From contig JAYODI010000008.1 of NCBI GenBank assembly GCA_038279365.1, positions 61,425 to 125,424 of the forward strand: 64,000 nt of DNA, written 5' to 3'. The stretch's first letter is position 1; each line of letters starts with the position of its first letter. The position numbers and the translations under genes are program-made. The notes under the pieces are model-generated. The model saw nothing but the letters and a program-made list of their open reading frames with translations. It ran no database searches and had not been told where the DNA came from. Positions 1 through 9,515 of the stretch are shown piece by piece. Source of the DNA: Candidatus Latescibacterota bacterium. GTDB taxonomy: Bacteria > Latescibacterota > UBA2968.

Positions 1-489
1 GCAGAAAGTGCCGTGCGCAATATCTGTGGCAACAATTTTGAATACGTTCCCCAAGTCCAAACAGATCTCGGACAACGGATGTATCAGGCTCTCCTGCAAC
101 AACTGCAAAGCGGTGCCAAACGCGCCCTCCTTATTGGCACCGATATACCCTCCTTACCTGCCACACATATCACCCAAGCCTTTGACTTGCTCAAAACAAA
201 AGATGTCGTAATTGGTCCCAGCACCGACGGGGGGTATTATCTCATCGGCATCTCCCGCCCTTGCCCAGAAATATTCGAAAACATCACCTGGAGTACGCCA
301 ACAGTTTTATCCGAAACAATAGATTCTTTACGTCTACAAAATTACTCCCTTGGTCTTGTTCCGCCGTGGTTCGATGTTGATACCCCCGAAGAATTAGATG
401 TGCTCACAGCCTACGCAAACGCGCAAAAATACGCCACAAATCACCCCATGTTGCCCCATACAATTGCATGTTTGTCTGCCTTGACTTAA
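1..489 (+). CDS. TIGR04282/DUF2064-family glycosyltransferase-like protein (5'-truncated by window edge)
   Basis: Motifs DLGQRM, LIGTDIP, VVIGPSTDGGYYLIG, W-ST, WFDVDTPEEL; frame open to the window start. Confidence 0.8.
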   Translation, partial: AESAVRNICGNNFEYVPQVQTDLGQRMYQALLQQLQSGAKRALLIGTDIPSLPATHITQAFDLLKTKDVVIGPSTDGGYYLIGISRPCPEIFENITWSTPTVLSETIDSLRLQNYSLGLVPPWFDVDTPEELDVLTAYANAQKYATNHPMLPHTIACLSALT

Positions 490-554
490 GCGTTTGACAT
501 CGCTATCTTGGTGCGAATCTTCCAAACATCATTTTGCACTTTCAGGAGTCAATC

Positions 555-1535
555 ATGCACCGAAGCCCATTCTTAAACTTCCTATTTATCCCCCTCTTTC
601 TTCTCTCCATTGCCAGCACAACCCATGCACAGCCCAAATATAAATTTGCCTTTGTCACTCACGGTGGCCCAGGAAACCCCTTTTGGAATGTGGTGATCAA
701 AGGCATGGAAGATGCGGGCAAACGCTACAATGTTGATGTGCAGTGGCTGAGCAACCCCACCTTCTCCATATCAGATATGCCAAACTTTCTCGATGATGCC
801 ATTGCCAACCAAGTCAATGGCATTGGCATCACCTGCCCAGACCCCGAAGCCATTCGGGAAAGCATTAATCGGGCCCATCAAAAAAATATTCCCATTATCG
901 TACTCAACACCGCAGATGCCAATGCGGGCACCACCAATGCCTTGCCCACCGAATTTTATATAGGTGCCAGCGAATATCTCGGTGGTCAATCCAATGCCAA
1001 AGCTTTACTAAATGAAGCCAAAAAACGAGGCATTAAAATTACGGGAGCCGTATGTCCCATTCAAGAATTGGGGCACAGTGGTCTTGAAGCTCGTTTTGCA
1101 GGTTTTGAAAGCATTCTCAAACCGCAAGGGATCTCTGTAGATGGTCTCACCATATCCAACAACGTTGAACAATCTTCGGGGTTGCTCAAAGATTACTTTT
1201 TGGGGCACCCACAAACCAATGCCATTGCCACACTCGGTCCATTACCTGCCGATGCATTTTATCTTTTTGTAGAAGAAGAAGGCAAAGCACCTGGCGAAAT
1301 ATTGCATGCCACACACGACACCAGCCCAGCCATATTCGATCACATACGTTCAGGATATACCGTGCAGGCCGTAGACCAACAACCCTATCTACAAGGTTAC
1401 CTCACGGTTGCATTTTTATATCTCCACAACGAATTTGGCCTCACCCTCGCCCAAGACGTACTCACCGGCCCATTTGCAATCAACGCCCAAAATGTAAATC
1501 GCATAGCAGAACTTATGAAAGCTGGATATCGGTAG
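555..1535 (+). CDS. Sugar ABC transporter substrate-binding protein (RbsB-like)
   Basis: AGGAG RBS before ATG 555; signal peptide; NPFWNVVIKG and VDQQPYLQGY motifs; followed by permease and ATPase. Confidence 0.9.
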   Translation: MHRSPFLNFLFIPLFLLSIASTTHAQPKYKFAFVTHGGPGNPFWNVVIKGMEDAGKRYNVDVQWLSNPTFSISDMPNFLDDAIANQVNGIGITCPDPEAIRESINRAHQKNIPIIVLNTADANAGTTNALPTEFYIGASEYLGGQSNAKALLNEAKKRGIKITGAVCPIQELGHSGLEARFAGFESILKPQGISVDGLTISNNVEQSSGLLKDYFLGHPQTNAIATLGPLPADAFYLFVEEEGKAPGEILHATHDTSPAIFDHIRSGYTVQAVDQQPYLQGYLTVAFLYLHNEFGLTLAQDVLTGPFAINAQNVNRIAELMKAGYR

Positions 1536-1542
1536 GAGACTT

Positions 1543-2742
1543 TTGTTGACCAACGTGTTTACCTCATTTCGTAGCCATTTTTCAAAAACACCCGAAGCAG
1601 GTGCAGCAGCCGGTTTTCTGGCCGTATTTCTCTTTTTTGCATTGGCAACCCCCACCACCTTTCTTTCCAACAGCTCCTTCTCCTCCATATTAAACAGCCA
1701 AGCCGTTCCAGGTATTGTTGCCATAGGCATTACCCTGCTCATGATCTCTGGTGAATTCGATCTATCTGTGGGTTCCATTTTGGGCGTTGCATCACTTGTT
1801 TTTCTTTATGCCACGGTGAATGGCCTACACATCGTTCTGGCAGGTTTCCTTGGCTTGCTCACTGGAGGTTTGTTGGGGCTCATCAATGGCCTCTTATTCA
1901 CTTACACAGGTATTCCCTCCTTTATCGTCACCTTGGGCACCATGCTCGTCTACAGGGCCATTTCCCTTTCTGCCAATTCGGGTGGGCGTATCATTCGCTA
2001 CTCTGAGTTTTCCCGAGATGCGCCTACCATTTCCCCACCCACCTGGTGCATCATCCTAATCGTTGGCTCTCTGATAGGGTTCTTTGCTTGGATATTAAAA
2101 GACATCTATGCGGCTTATCAAATAAATCGACAAAAACGTATTCTCTCACTGGTCACCTTTTATGGCATCATCCTTCTTTTGTTGATTTATGCACTCTTTG
2201 GCACCTTAAAAACAGGGCCCATTTCTATTGACATCTTTCAACTTCTCAACGGCAATTTAGAATTTGTTCCTGGAAATTACCGAACAAGTATTTTATGGTG
2301 GCTCTTGCTCACAGTTTTGTTCACCCTCATTTTAACCCGCACCCGTTTTGGAAATGCCATATTTGCCACAGGTGGCAACCCCCAAGCGGCTCGGTTACAA
2401 GGCATCAACATTGATCGGGTGCGCATTACAAATTTTGTGATCTCAGGTTCTTTGGCTGCGGTTGCTGGCATCATTCAAACCGCTCGATTAAAAAGTGTCG
2501 ATCCCCTGCGCGGTACAGGCTTAGAGCTTGAAGTCATTGCCGCAGTTGTTATTGGTGGTACCTTGCTTACAGGCGGGTTTGGTAGCCTCGTTGGTTCAGC
2601 AATTGGCACAGCGCTTACAGGCATGTTACGCACAGGACTGGTGCTTGTCCAAGTACCTTCCAATGCCTTTAGAGGCGCCATAGGTGCCATTATGATTATC
2701 GCCGTCATCATCAACAATAACGTGCGCAAAGAACGCTCATGA
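1543..2742 (+). CDS. Sugar ABC transporter permease (RbsC/XylH-like)
   Basis: GEFDLSVGS, IPSFIVTLG, GGNPQAARLQGI, IAAVVIGGT motifs; multi-TM. Confidence 0.9.
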   Translation: MLTNVFTSFRSHFSKTPEAGAAAGFLAVFLFFALATPTTFLSNSSFSSILNSQAVPGIVAIGITLLMISGEFDLSVGSILGVASLVFLYATVNGLHIVLAGFLGLLTGGLLGLINGLLFTYTGIPSFIVTLGTMLVYRAISLSANSGGRIIRYSEFSRDAPTISPPTWCIILIVGSLIGFFAWILKDIYAAYQINRQKRILSLVTFYGIILLLLIYALFGTLKTGPISIDIFQLLNGNLEFVPGNYRTSILWWLLLTVLFTLILTRTRFGNAIFATGGNPQAARLQGINIDRVRITNFVISGSLAAVAGIIQTARLKSVDPLRGTGLELEVIAAVVIGGTLLTGGFGSLVGSAIGTALTGMLRTGLVLVQVPSNAFRGAIGAIMIIAVIINNNVRKERS

Positions 2743-3512
2743 GCCTCCTGAGACTCCATCAGGCAGGGCGTCGTTTTGGTCACATCACCGCCTTGCAAAA
2801 TGTTGACCTTCACTTACAAGCCGGTGAAGTATTGGCGCTTTTGGGAGACAACGGTGCAGGCAAATCGACCCTCATCAAATTGTTAACAGGTGTTCATCCG
2901 CTCTCTTCTGGTGAAATGTATTTTGACAACAAACCTGTCCATTTGCAATCGCCACACGATGCACGCAACTTGGGCATCGAAACCGTTTACCAAGATTTGG
3001 CCTTAATCCCTGCCCTCAGCATAGCACGCAACTTTTTTTTAGGTCGAGAAATTACCAAACGCATTGGTCCATTTCACTTTCTCGATCAGGAAACCATGAA
3101 TGCAGAAGCCACCCAAGCCCTGCATGCCATTGGCATTCACATTCGCAATCCCAACGAACCTGTGGGCAGTCTTTCGGGGGGCGAGCGCCAATCCATTGCC
3201 ATTGGACGCGCTGTTCACTTTGGCTCTCGCATTCTCATTCTTGATGAGCCCACATCTGCCCTCTCTATTGGCGAAACACGCAAAGTGCTCAGCTACATCA
3301 CATCAGCCAAAGAAAAAGGCCTTGGTGTTGTGTTCATTACCCACAATATTCACCATGTCTTTGAAGTTGCAGACCGCATTACCATTTTGCAACATGGCGA
3401 AAAATTAGGTGATTTTGCCATAACAAACCTCACCATTGATGATGTGGCACAAATGATCATGGGCAAAGGCATACCTACCCACCTCTTACCTCAAACCGAA
3501 AGCACACCTTAA
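2739..3512 (+). CDS. Sugar ABC transporter ATP-binding protein (single NBD)
   Basis: Walker A GDNGAGKST, signature LSGGERQ, Walker B LILDEPT; ATGA overlap with permease. Confidence 0.92.
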   Translation: MSLLRLHQAGRRFGHITALQNVDLHLQAGEVLALLGDNGAGKSTLIKLLTGVHPLSSGEMYFDNKPVHLQSPHDARNLGIETVYQDLALIPALSIARNFFLGREITKRIGPFHFLDQETMNAEATQALHAIGIHIRNPNEPVGSLSGGERQSIAIGRAVHFGSRILILDEPTSALSIGETRKVLSYITSAKEKGLGVVFITHNIHHVFEVADRITILQHGEKLGDFAITNLTIDDVAQMIMGKGIPTHLLPQTESTP

Positions 3513-4870
3513 TGGCTTCAAGCAAAAGCCGCTTCGACTTTTCCCTCACGCGTCAAATTCTCACCCTCACCATACCTGTTGCCCTCACCCGCCAACTCGA
3601 CAATGTGGTGGGCATGGCCGATATCTTTATGGTGGGCAAAATCGGCCCAGAGGCCATTTCTGCAGTCGGCATCTCACGCACCATTGTTATGGTCATTTCG
3701 GTTACCATGATCGCCATTACAACAGGCGCTTTTGCCATGATTGCCCAAGCCATTGGGGCCCAAAATGAAGAAGGTGCGAGTTCGGCAGCCAAGCAGTCTA
3801 TTTCTTTGCTTTCGGGATTCAGCATCATCCCCAGTCTCATAGGCATTATTGGCGCACCTTATTTTTTACAAGCTTTAAGCTTAGCCCCCGAAGTGGTGGT
3901 GTTGGCCACACCTTATTTGCGCGTTTTTTTTGCGGGTTCTGTCTTTATGATGCTTAACTTTGCCATTACAACCTGCTTACACGCTGCAGGAAACACACAA
4001 ACACCTTTTTATATCAGCATGTTCAACAATGGTGTAAAAGTCGTATTGAGCTACCTCCTCATCTTTGGTCATTTCGGCTTTCCAGAAATGGGGGTTGTCG
4101 GTGCAGCAATTGGCGGTGTGGTTGGCCGAGGATTGGGCGTGATCATTGGATTTGGTGTTTTGTACAGTGGAAAATTTGGCATCAAGCTGTTACCATCCAC
4201 CTCTTACAAACCCGACTTTGCACAAGCCAGTCGCATTCTCCGCATTGGTATTCCCGCGGCCCTACAAGGCATGTTTCGCAATGGATCTGGCGTGGTTTTT
4301 GTCAAGCTTATTGCCATGACCTCCGCATCCACTACCGCCGTTGCCGCCTTCTCCATTGGCAGCCAAATGGAACGCTTGGTGCGTCAAATATCACTGGCAT
4401 TTAGTACCGCATCCACCACACTGGTTGGTCAAAGTATTGGGGCAAAAAAATTAGACGAAGCCGAAACCCGCGGATGGACAACACTCGCTTTGGCCGTTCT
4501 CACAGTATCCATCTTAGGCATTCCTATAGCCGTATTTGCCAGACCCATTCTCGGCTTTTTTACAGATGCCCCCGACGTCATCCAAATTGGCATTTTATAC
4601 TTGGTGATGATTGTGGTCTCCGAACCCTTCATGTGTGCCGCTATTACCAGTGGAGGTTCTTTGCGAGGTGCAGGTGACAATATGCCTGCACTGTATTACA
4701 CCGTTATTTCCCAGTGGGCTATTCGTTTACCCGTTGCGGCTTTTCTTGCATTTTGGATGGGCTACGATATTTACGGCATTTGGTATTCACTGGTTATCTT
4801 TTGCGCCATCCAAGGTTTTCTCACGGTTCGAAAATTTGGCCAAGGCCATTGGAAAACACGCAAAATTTAG
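3512..4870 (+). CDS. MATE-family efflux transporter
   Basis: About 12 TM; ADIFMVGKIG, GNTQTP, GVVGAAIG, GQSIGAK, RGAGD motifs. Confidence 0.88.
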   Translation: MASSKSRFDFSLTRQILTLTIPVALTRQLDNVVGMADIFMVGKIGPEAISAVGISRTIVMVISVTMIAITTGAFAMIAQAIGAQNEEGASSAAKQSISLLSGFSIIPSLIGIIGAPYFLQALSLAPEVVVLATPYLRVFFAGSVFMMLNFAITTCLHAAGNTQTPFYISMFNNGVKVVLSYLLIFGHFGFPEMGVVGAAIGGVVGRGLGVIIGFGVLYSGKFGIKLLPSTSYKPDFAQASRILRIGIPAALQGMFRNGSGVVFVKLIAMTSASTTAVAAFSIGSQMERLVRQISLAFSTASTTLVGQSIGAKKLDEAETRGWTTLALAVLTVSILGIPIAVFARPILGFFTDAPDVIQIGILYLVMIVVSEPFMCAAITSGGSLRGAGDNMPALYYTVISQWAIRLPVAAFLAFWMGYDIYGIWYSLVIFCAIQGFLTVRKFGQGHWKTRKI

Positions 4871-4893
4871 CCATCAAAAAAGCCTTTCCTCAT

Positions 4894-4936
4894 AATAAAA
4901 AACGGGTGATCCATTTTGGATCACCCGTTTTTTATT
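4894..4936. terminator. Bidirectional intrinsic terminator
   Basis: AATAAAAAACGGGTGATCCA / TGGATCACCCGTTTTTTATT inverted repeat between convergent genes. Confidence 0.85.
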
Positions 4937-4956
4937 TCTTCTAGTGATGTAGCAGA

Positions 4957-5730
4957 CTATTTCCCCAAAGGATTCTCACGCAATGTGGCCAAATGTTGCT
5001 GCACCATCTGTGCACCATATCCCAATACACTGCCCACATTCATAAACCGATATCCCCACCGCAATTTCTGTTGTATTTCAGCAACATCCACCAATGTCGT
5101 ACCAGCAACAAGTCCCGTACCCTCTAACCGCTTAGGTACGTCTTCCATAATTTCTTGGACTTCTTTGCTGCCTGTTTGAGTTATCTTCCCTACAGATGCA
5201 GACAAATCCATGGGCCCAACCAAAAGCACATCAAAACCCGGCACCTTTTTAATTTCGTCAATATTGTTATAAGCTTCTTGGCTTTCAAGCTGAAGCACCA
5301 AAACTGTTTCATCATTGGCACCGCGAATAGCCTCTCCCCAATCCACACCTGCCACATTGGGCCAAGAGGGTGATATACCTCGCTGCCCCAATGGCGGATA
5401 ACGCGCATATTCCACAGCCTTGGCCGCTTCTTCAGCCGTATTAATTTGCGGCACCATCACCGCAACTGCGCCCACATCATAGGCTTTTTTTATGAGTGCA
5501 GGGTCATTCCAAGCCACGCGAATCATCGGCGAAGAACCGCGCATGCGAATAAGAGAGGGAATCACATCCAAAGCTTCAGTAGCATAAGGGGCGTGTTCGG
5601 TATCGATCCAGACAAAATCAGGTTTGGCATTGCAGATACTGCTTGCAACCATTGCAGACGGAACAGGCAAAGCAGAGCCCAATACAATTTCACCTGCTTG
5701 CAATTTTTGTTTTAAGGGACTGGGAAACAA
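4957..5730 (-). CDS. HpcH/HpaI aldolase family protein
   Basis: WIDTEH, VMVPQI, YPPLGQRG, QLES, VGPMDLS motifs. Confidence 0.9.
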   Translation of the reverse strand: MFPSPLKQKLQAGEIVLGSALPVPSAMVASSICNAKPDFVWIDTEHAPYATEALDVIPSLIRMRGSSPMIRVAWNDPALIKKAYDVGAVAVMVPQINTAEEAAKAVEYARYPPLGQRGISPSWPNVAGVDWGEAIRGANDETVLVLQLESQEAYNNIDEIKKVPGFDVLLVGPMDLSASVGKITQTGSKEVQEIMEDVPKRLEGTGLVAGTTLVDVAEIQQKLRWGYRFMNVGSVLGYGAQMVQQHLATLRENPLGK

Positions 5731-5779
5731 ATAGAACTCCTTTTAAAAGGTGAGACAAACGATAAAAGCATCCAATGAT

Positions 5780-7033
5780 TTAATCTTTCCATAATCTTGG
5801 TACAGGTTCAGGCACCACAGTAACAGGCCAATATTCTGACGGCGCATCTTCCCATAAAGGCACTGTGCGTGCATCGCGGTCAAATATAATCTTCCCCGCT
5901 CTTAAGGTCAATCGACACACCAATCGCTCATTGGCGTCTATGCGGGTATACCCACAATCTTGTAATGGAAACACACCCTTTTCCAAATCCAAAACAGCCA
6001 CATCGGCCTCAGCCCCAATGCTTAGGGTGCCCAACTCTGGGCGATGAATGGCCTTAGCGGGTGTAACAGTTGAGCGATAAATCACATCCTCTAAGGTCAT
6101 CCCCATCGCCATACACTTCGACATGGTATCTTGCATTGAAAACACTGGCCCCATGATATTGCCCATGTGCAAATCTGTGCTGATCGAATCGGGGCCAAAT
6201 CCATTCTTAATCGCCCGGGCACCATTGCGATACCAAAAACTCGCCGCACCGTGTCCCAAATCAAACCAGATGCCGCGTTCACGAGCCTCAAACATATAAG
6301 GTTCTACATTGCCCGATTCATCTACGACAGGAAATTGTCGGGCGTACACATGGGTATGAATATCACCTGGGCGCAGTTTTTCCAAAATCAACTGCGGGTA
6401 GGAACGCTCGGGTGGTCTTGGCCAAAAGTCTACCATCACAGGCATATCACACTTATTTCCCGCTTCAACCGATTTTTCCACCGATTCCCAAGCGGGATGC
6501 ATCTCATCAAAAGGCAATGATGTCCAATAATGCGCCGTTTTAATGCCCACCACCACGTCGGCATGTTCTTTTGCCGCCCGAGAGGCTCCGTCTGTGTCAA
6601 ACGTGCGAATGTCTTGTTCTGGTGCCCCCATACCAGGAGCCGCAATATTGATATAAGCCAAAACGCGCGTCTTTGCTTTCTCCATCACCGTTTGACGAAA
6701 ATGCGTGATCTCTTGATACCCCGCCGTTCCCGTATCCACACAAGTGGTCACCCCAGAGGCCTGAAAATGTGCATCGGGGTTCAAGCTTTGTAAAAACAAC
6801 CCGTCACCCAAAATCCGTGTAAAATAAGCATGAATATGAATGTCAATTAACCCAGGTGTCACCAATAAACCAGAGACATCTACCGTTCTTATGGCATCTG
6901 CCTTTGGAATCTGCGCCTCAACACGCGCAATCTTTCCATCGAAGATCCCCACATCAAACAAACCATCCACGCCATTGGCAGGGTCAATCACACGCCCACC
7001 TTTTAATACCAAATCTAACCTTGGTTGTGCCAT
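5780..7033 (-). CDS. Amidohydrolase / dihydroorotase-like metallohydrolase
   Basis: GGRVIDPANG, PGLIDIHIH, GVTTCVDTG, DLGHG, STDLH; start moved to ATG 7033 after AGGAGG. Confidence 0.85.
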   Translation of the reverse strand: MAQPRLDLVLKGGRVIDPANGVDGLFDVGIFDGKIARVEAQIPKADAIRTVDVSGLLVTPGLIDIHIHAYFTRILGDGLFLQSLNPDAHFQASGVTTCVDTGTAGYQEITHFRQTVMEKAKTRVLAYINIAAPGMGAPEQDIRTFDTDGASRAAKEHADVVVGIKTAHYWTSLPFDEMHPAWESVEKSVEAGNKCDMPVMVDFWPRPPERSYPQLILEKLRPGDIHTHVYARQFPVVDESGNVEPYMFEARERGIWFDLGHGAASFWYRNGARAIKNGFGPDSISTDLHMGNIMGPVFSMQDTMSKCMAMGMTLEDVIYRSTVTPAKAIHRPELGTLSIGAEADVAVLDLEKGVFPLQDCGYTRIDANERLVCRLTLRAGKIIFDRDARTVPLWEDAPSEYWPVTVVPEPVPRLWKD

Positions 7034-7134
7034 GAACAGTATCCCTCCTTGCAATGCTTGAGAATTGCAACACATAGCCGTATATTTAACTCACAATTCG
7101 ATTACCTTCAACTCTTGATAATACAAAAAAAATT

Positions 7135-7953
7135 ATGCGAATTCTCCTCATTTTATGTGTGGTCTGTTTGGTTTCTTGCAATTATGTGACCACGCCCATT
7201 CCTCATCTTTCATCGGCAAACAATTCCCCTTCTGCCCCAGATGCCGAACCCGCATCCCAATTCACGTTCTCTATCATCAACACATATCCGCACGACGCAT
7301 CGGCATTCACCCAAGGCCTGGTTTTTGCAGACAGCATCTTTTATGAAGGCACGGGGCTTTTTGGCGCATCATCCATTCGCAAAGTGTCTCCCACAACAGG
7401 TAAAGTTTTGCAAGTGCGCAACAATTCTTCTGCTTTTTTTGGTGAAGGCATCACCCTATTTGAAGACAAACTCTATCAACTCACGTGGCAGGCCCAAACA
7501 TGCTTTGTTTATAACAAAAATACATTTGAAATTGTTGGCCAATTTTCTTATGCCACACAAGGATGGGGCTTAACCCACGATGGCACAAGCCTGATTATGA
7601 GCGATGGCACGGCCAATATTTATTTTCGAGACCCCACTACATTTGCAGAAACAAAACGCATTCAGGTAACAGATGAAACAGGCCCGATTAGAAACCTCAA
7701 CGAACTGGAATACATCAAAGGAGCCATTTATGCCAACATCTGGCTCACTGATCGCATTGCCAAAATAGATCCGCAAACGGGTCGTGTCATTTCTTGGATA
7801 GACCTAACCGATCTCTTGCCTCAAAATGAACGCAAGAATACCGATGCGGTTCTCAATGGCATTGCATATGACCCACAAACAGATCGCCTATTTGTCACTG
7901 GCAAATGGTGGCCAAAGATTTTTGAAATCAAATTGGTCAATCAGACGCCATAA
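7135..7953 (+). CDS. Glutaminyl-peptide cyclotransferase (plant/bacterial beta-propeller type), probable lipoprotein
   Basis: YPHD..AFTQGL, YEGTG, FGEG, QLTW, GWGL, LNELEY, VLNGIAYD, VTGK.W; lipobox LVSC. Confidence 0.92.
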   Translation: MRILLILCVVCLVSCNYVTTPIPHLSSANNSPSAPDAEPASQFTFSIINTYPHDASAFTQGLVFADSIFYEGTGLFGASSIRKVSPTTGKVLQVRNNSSAFFGEGITLFEDKLYQLTWQAQTCFVYNKNTFEIVGQFSYATQGWGLTHDGTSLIMSDGTANIYFRDPTTFAETKRIQVTDETGPIRNLNELEYIKGAIYANIWLTDRIAKIDPQTGRVISWIDLTDLLPQNERKNTDAVLNGIAYDPQTDRLFVTGKWWPKIFEIKLVNQTP

Positions 7954-7987
7954 ACCCGTTGCCAAACAAATCCACTCGTTGAAAGAC

Positions 7988-8016
7988 TTGACAAACACGC
8001 CGACACACCCTATCCT
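7988..8016 (+). promoter_or_regulatory. Putative sigma70 promoter
   Basis: TTGACA-N17-TATCCT upstream of GGAGG RBS and ATG 8040. Confidence 0.6.
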
Positions 8017-8039
8017 CGCCAACAACAGAGGAGGTATTT

Positions 8040-9158
8040 ATGTCCGCAACACTTGAAGCACCCATATCAGACACCCCAACAGATCTTCAAAACAAAACGT
8101 TTACCATCGATTGTGACGTGCATCACTCCGTAGGCAGCACAGAGATGCTCTATCCTTATATGCCACGTCACTTTGTCGAATACATGAAAGACTTTGGGCC
8201 CATGATGCCCAAATTGGGCTACACCAATATGCCAGGTAATGGCGCCCGACACGATCTGTGGGAAGACCCCAAAATCAACCCTGGGTCAACGCCCAGTGTG
8301 TGCATCGAAAAACACCTTAACCGCTATGACATTGACTATGCCATTCTAACCGGTGGGCCTTATGCCGCTGCGGTGCATCCCAACCCCGACTATGCCATGG
8401 CTTATTGTCGCGCCTTTAACGATTACACACGTGATCATTGGATTGCCACAGATCCCCGTTTTCGTGCCTCCATACACATCGCGCCCACAGACCCACAACT
8501 TGCCGCTGAAGAAATTGACAGATTAGGCCCCGACCCCAATTTTGTACAGGTCATGATACCTGGTGGTACGCGCCTCCCATTTGGAAACAGATTTTATTAT
8601 CCGATTTACGAAGCCTGTGAACGACATGGGTTGCCCGTTTCTTGCCATTTTGGAGGCGAAGGACAAGGCATTGCAGGCCCACCCACTTCAGCGGGTTATC
8701 CAACCTACTACCTCGAAATGCGCTTGGCCCGGCCCCAAAATGCAATGGCCCATGTAACCAGCCTTGTGGTAGAAGGTGTGTTCGAAAAATTTCCCAACTT
8801 CCACTTTATCTTTATTGAACAATGTACCTTTTGGCTACCCGGTCTTATGTGGCATCTCGATTCCGATTGGCGTGCTTTACGCGATTACACCCCTTGGGTC
8901 AAACGCTTACCCAGCGAATACATTCGCGATCACATCCGTTTGGGCACACAACCCTTTCCCGATTTGCCAAATGGTCTGAAAGACCTACCAACATATCTCG
9001 AATGGTTACACGCCAAAGACACTTTGGTTTTTGCCAGTGATTACCCGCATTGGGATTGGGACGAACCCCAAAACTTTCTCAATGGCATAGACGATACTTT
9101 GCGCAGTCGCATCTTAGGGGGCAACATGGCCGAAATACTGAAACTGGATGCCAAATGA
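8040..9158 (+). CDS. Amidohydrolase_2-fold protein, possibly a dinuclear metal oxygenase
   Basis: IDCDVH, CHFGG, FIEQ, FASDYPHWD motifs; coupled to a Rieske ferredoxin gene. Confidence 0.85.
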   Translation: MSATLEAPISDTPTDLQNKTFTIDCDVHHSVGSTEMLYPYMPRHFVEYMKDFGPMMPKLGYTNMPGNGARHDLWEDPKINPGSTPSVCIEKHLNRYDIDYAILTGGPYAAAVHPNPDYAMAYCRAFNDYTRDHWIATDPRFRASIHIAPTDPQLAAEEIDRLGPDPNFVQVMIPGGTRLPFGNRFYYPIYEACERHGLPVSCHFGGEGQGIAGPPTSAGYPTYYLEMRLARPQNAMAHVTSLVVEGVFEKFPNFHFIFIEQCTFWLPGLMWHLDSDWRALRDYTPWVKRLPSEYIRDHIRLGTQPFPDLPNGLKDLPTYLEWLHAKDTLVFASDYPHWDWDEPQNFLNGIDDTLRSRILGGNMAEILKLDAK

Positions 9159-9514
9159 AACATGTTATTGCCACAACAACCGAATTGCCACCTGGCACGC
9201 GCAAAATTGTCAAAATAGAAAACCGAGAAATCGGCGTATTCAATGTCAAGGGTGAATATTTGGCCATTCGCAACATTTGCCCACACCGACATGGTCCCCT
9301 GTGCAAAGGGCGCACCCGCCCACTTGTGGTTTCAAATGGCGTGCTCGATATTGGTTTTGAACGAGAAGATGAAATTATCAAGTGCCCTTGGCATCAGTGG
9401 GAATTTGATTTGCGAACGGGCAATTCCATTACAGATGACAATTTGCGGGTAAGAACCTATGCAGTAAGAGTAGAAAACGAAAACATTGTTATTGACCTTC
9501 ATTCACGGAATTAA
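9155..9514 (+). CDS. Rieske [2Fe-2S] ferredoxin
   Basis: CPH...CPWH ligand set; ATG 9155 overlaps upstream TGA (ATGA). Confidence 0.9.
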   Translation: MKHVIATTTELPPGTRKIVKIENREIGVFNVKGEYLAIRNICPHRHGPLCKGRTRPLVVSNGVLDIGFEREDEIIKCPWHQWEFDLRTGNSITDDNLRVRTYAVRVENENIVIDLHSRN

Positions 9515-9515
9515 A

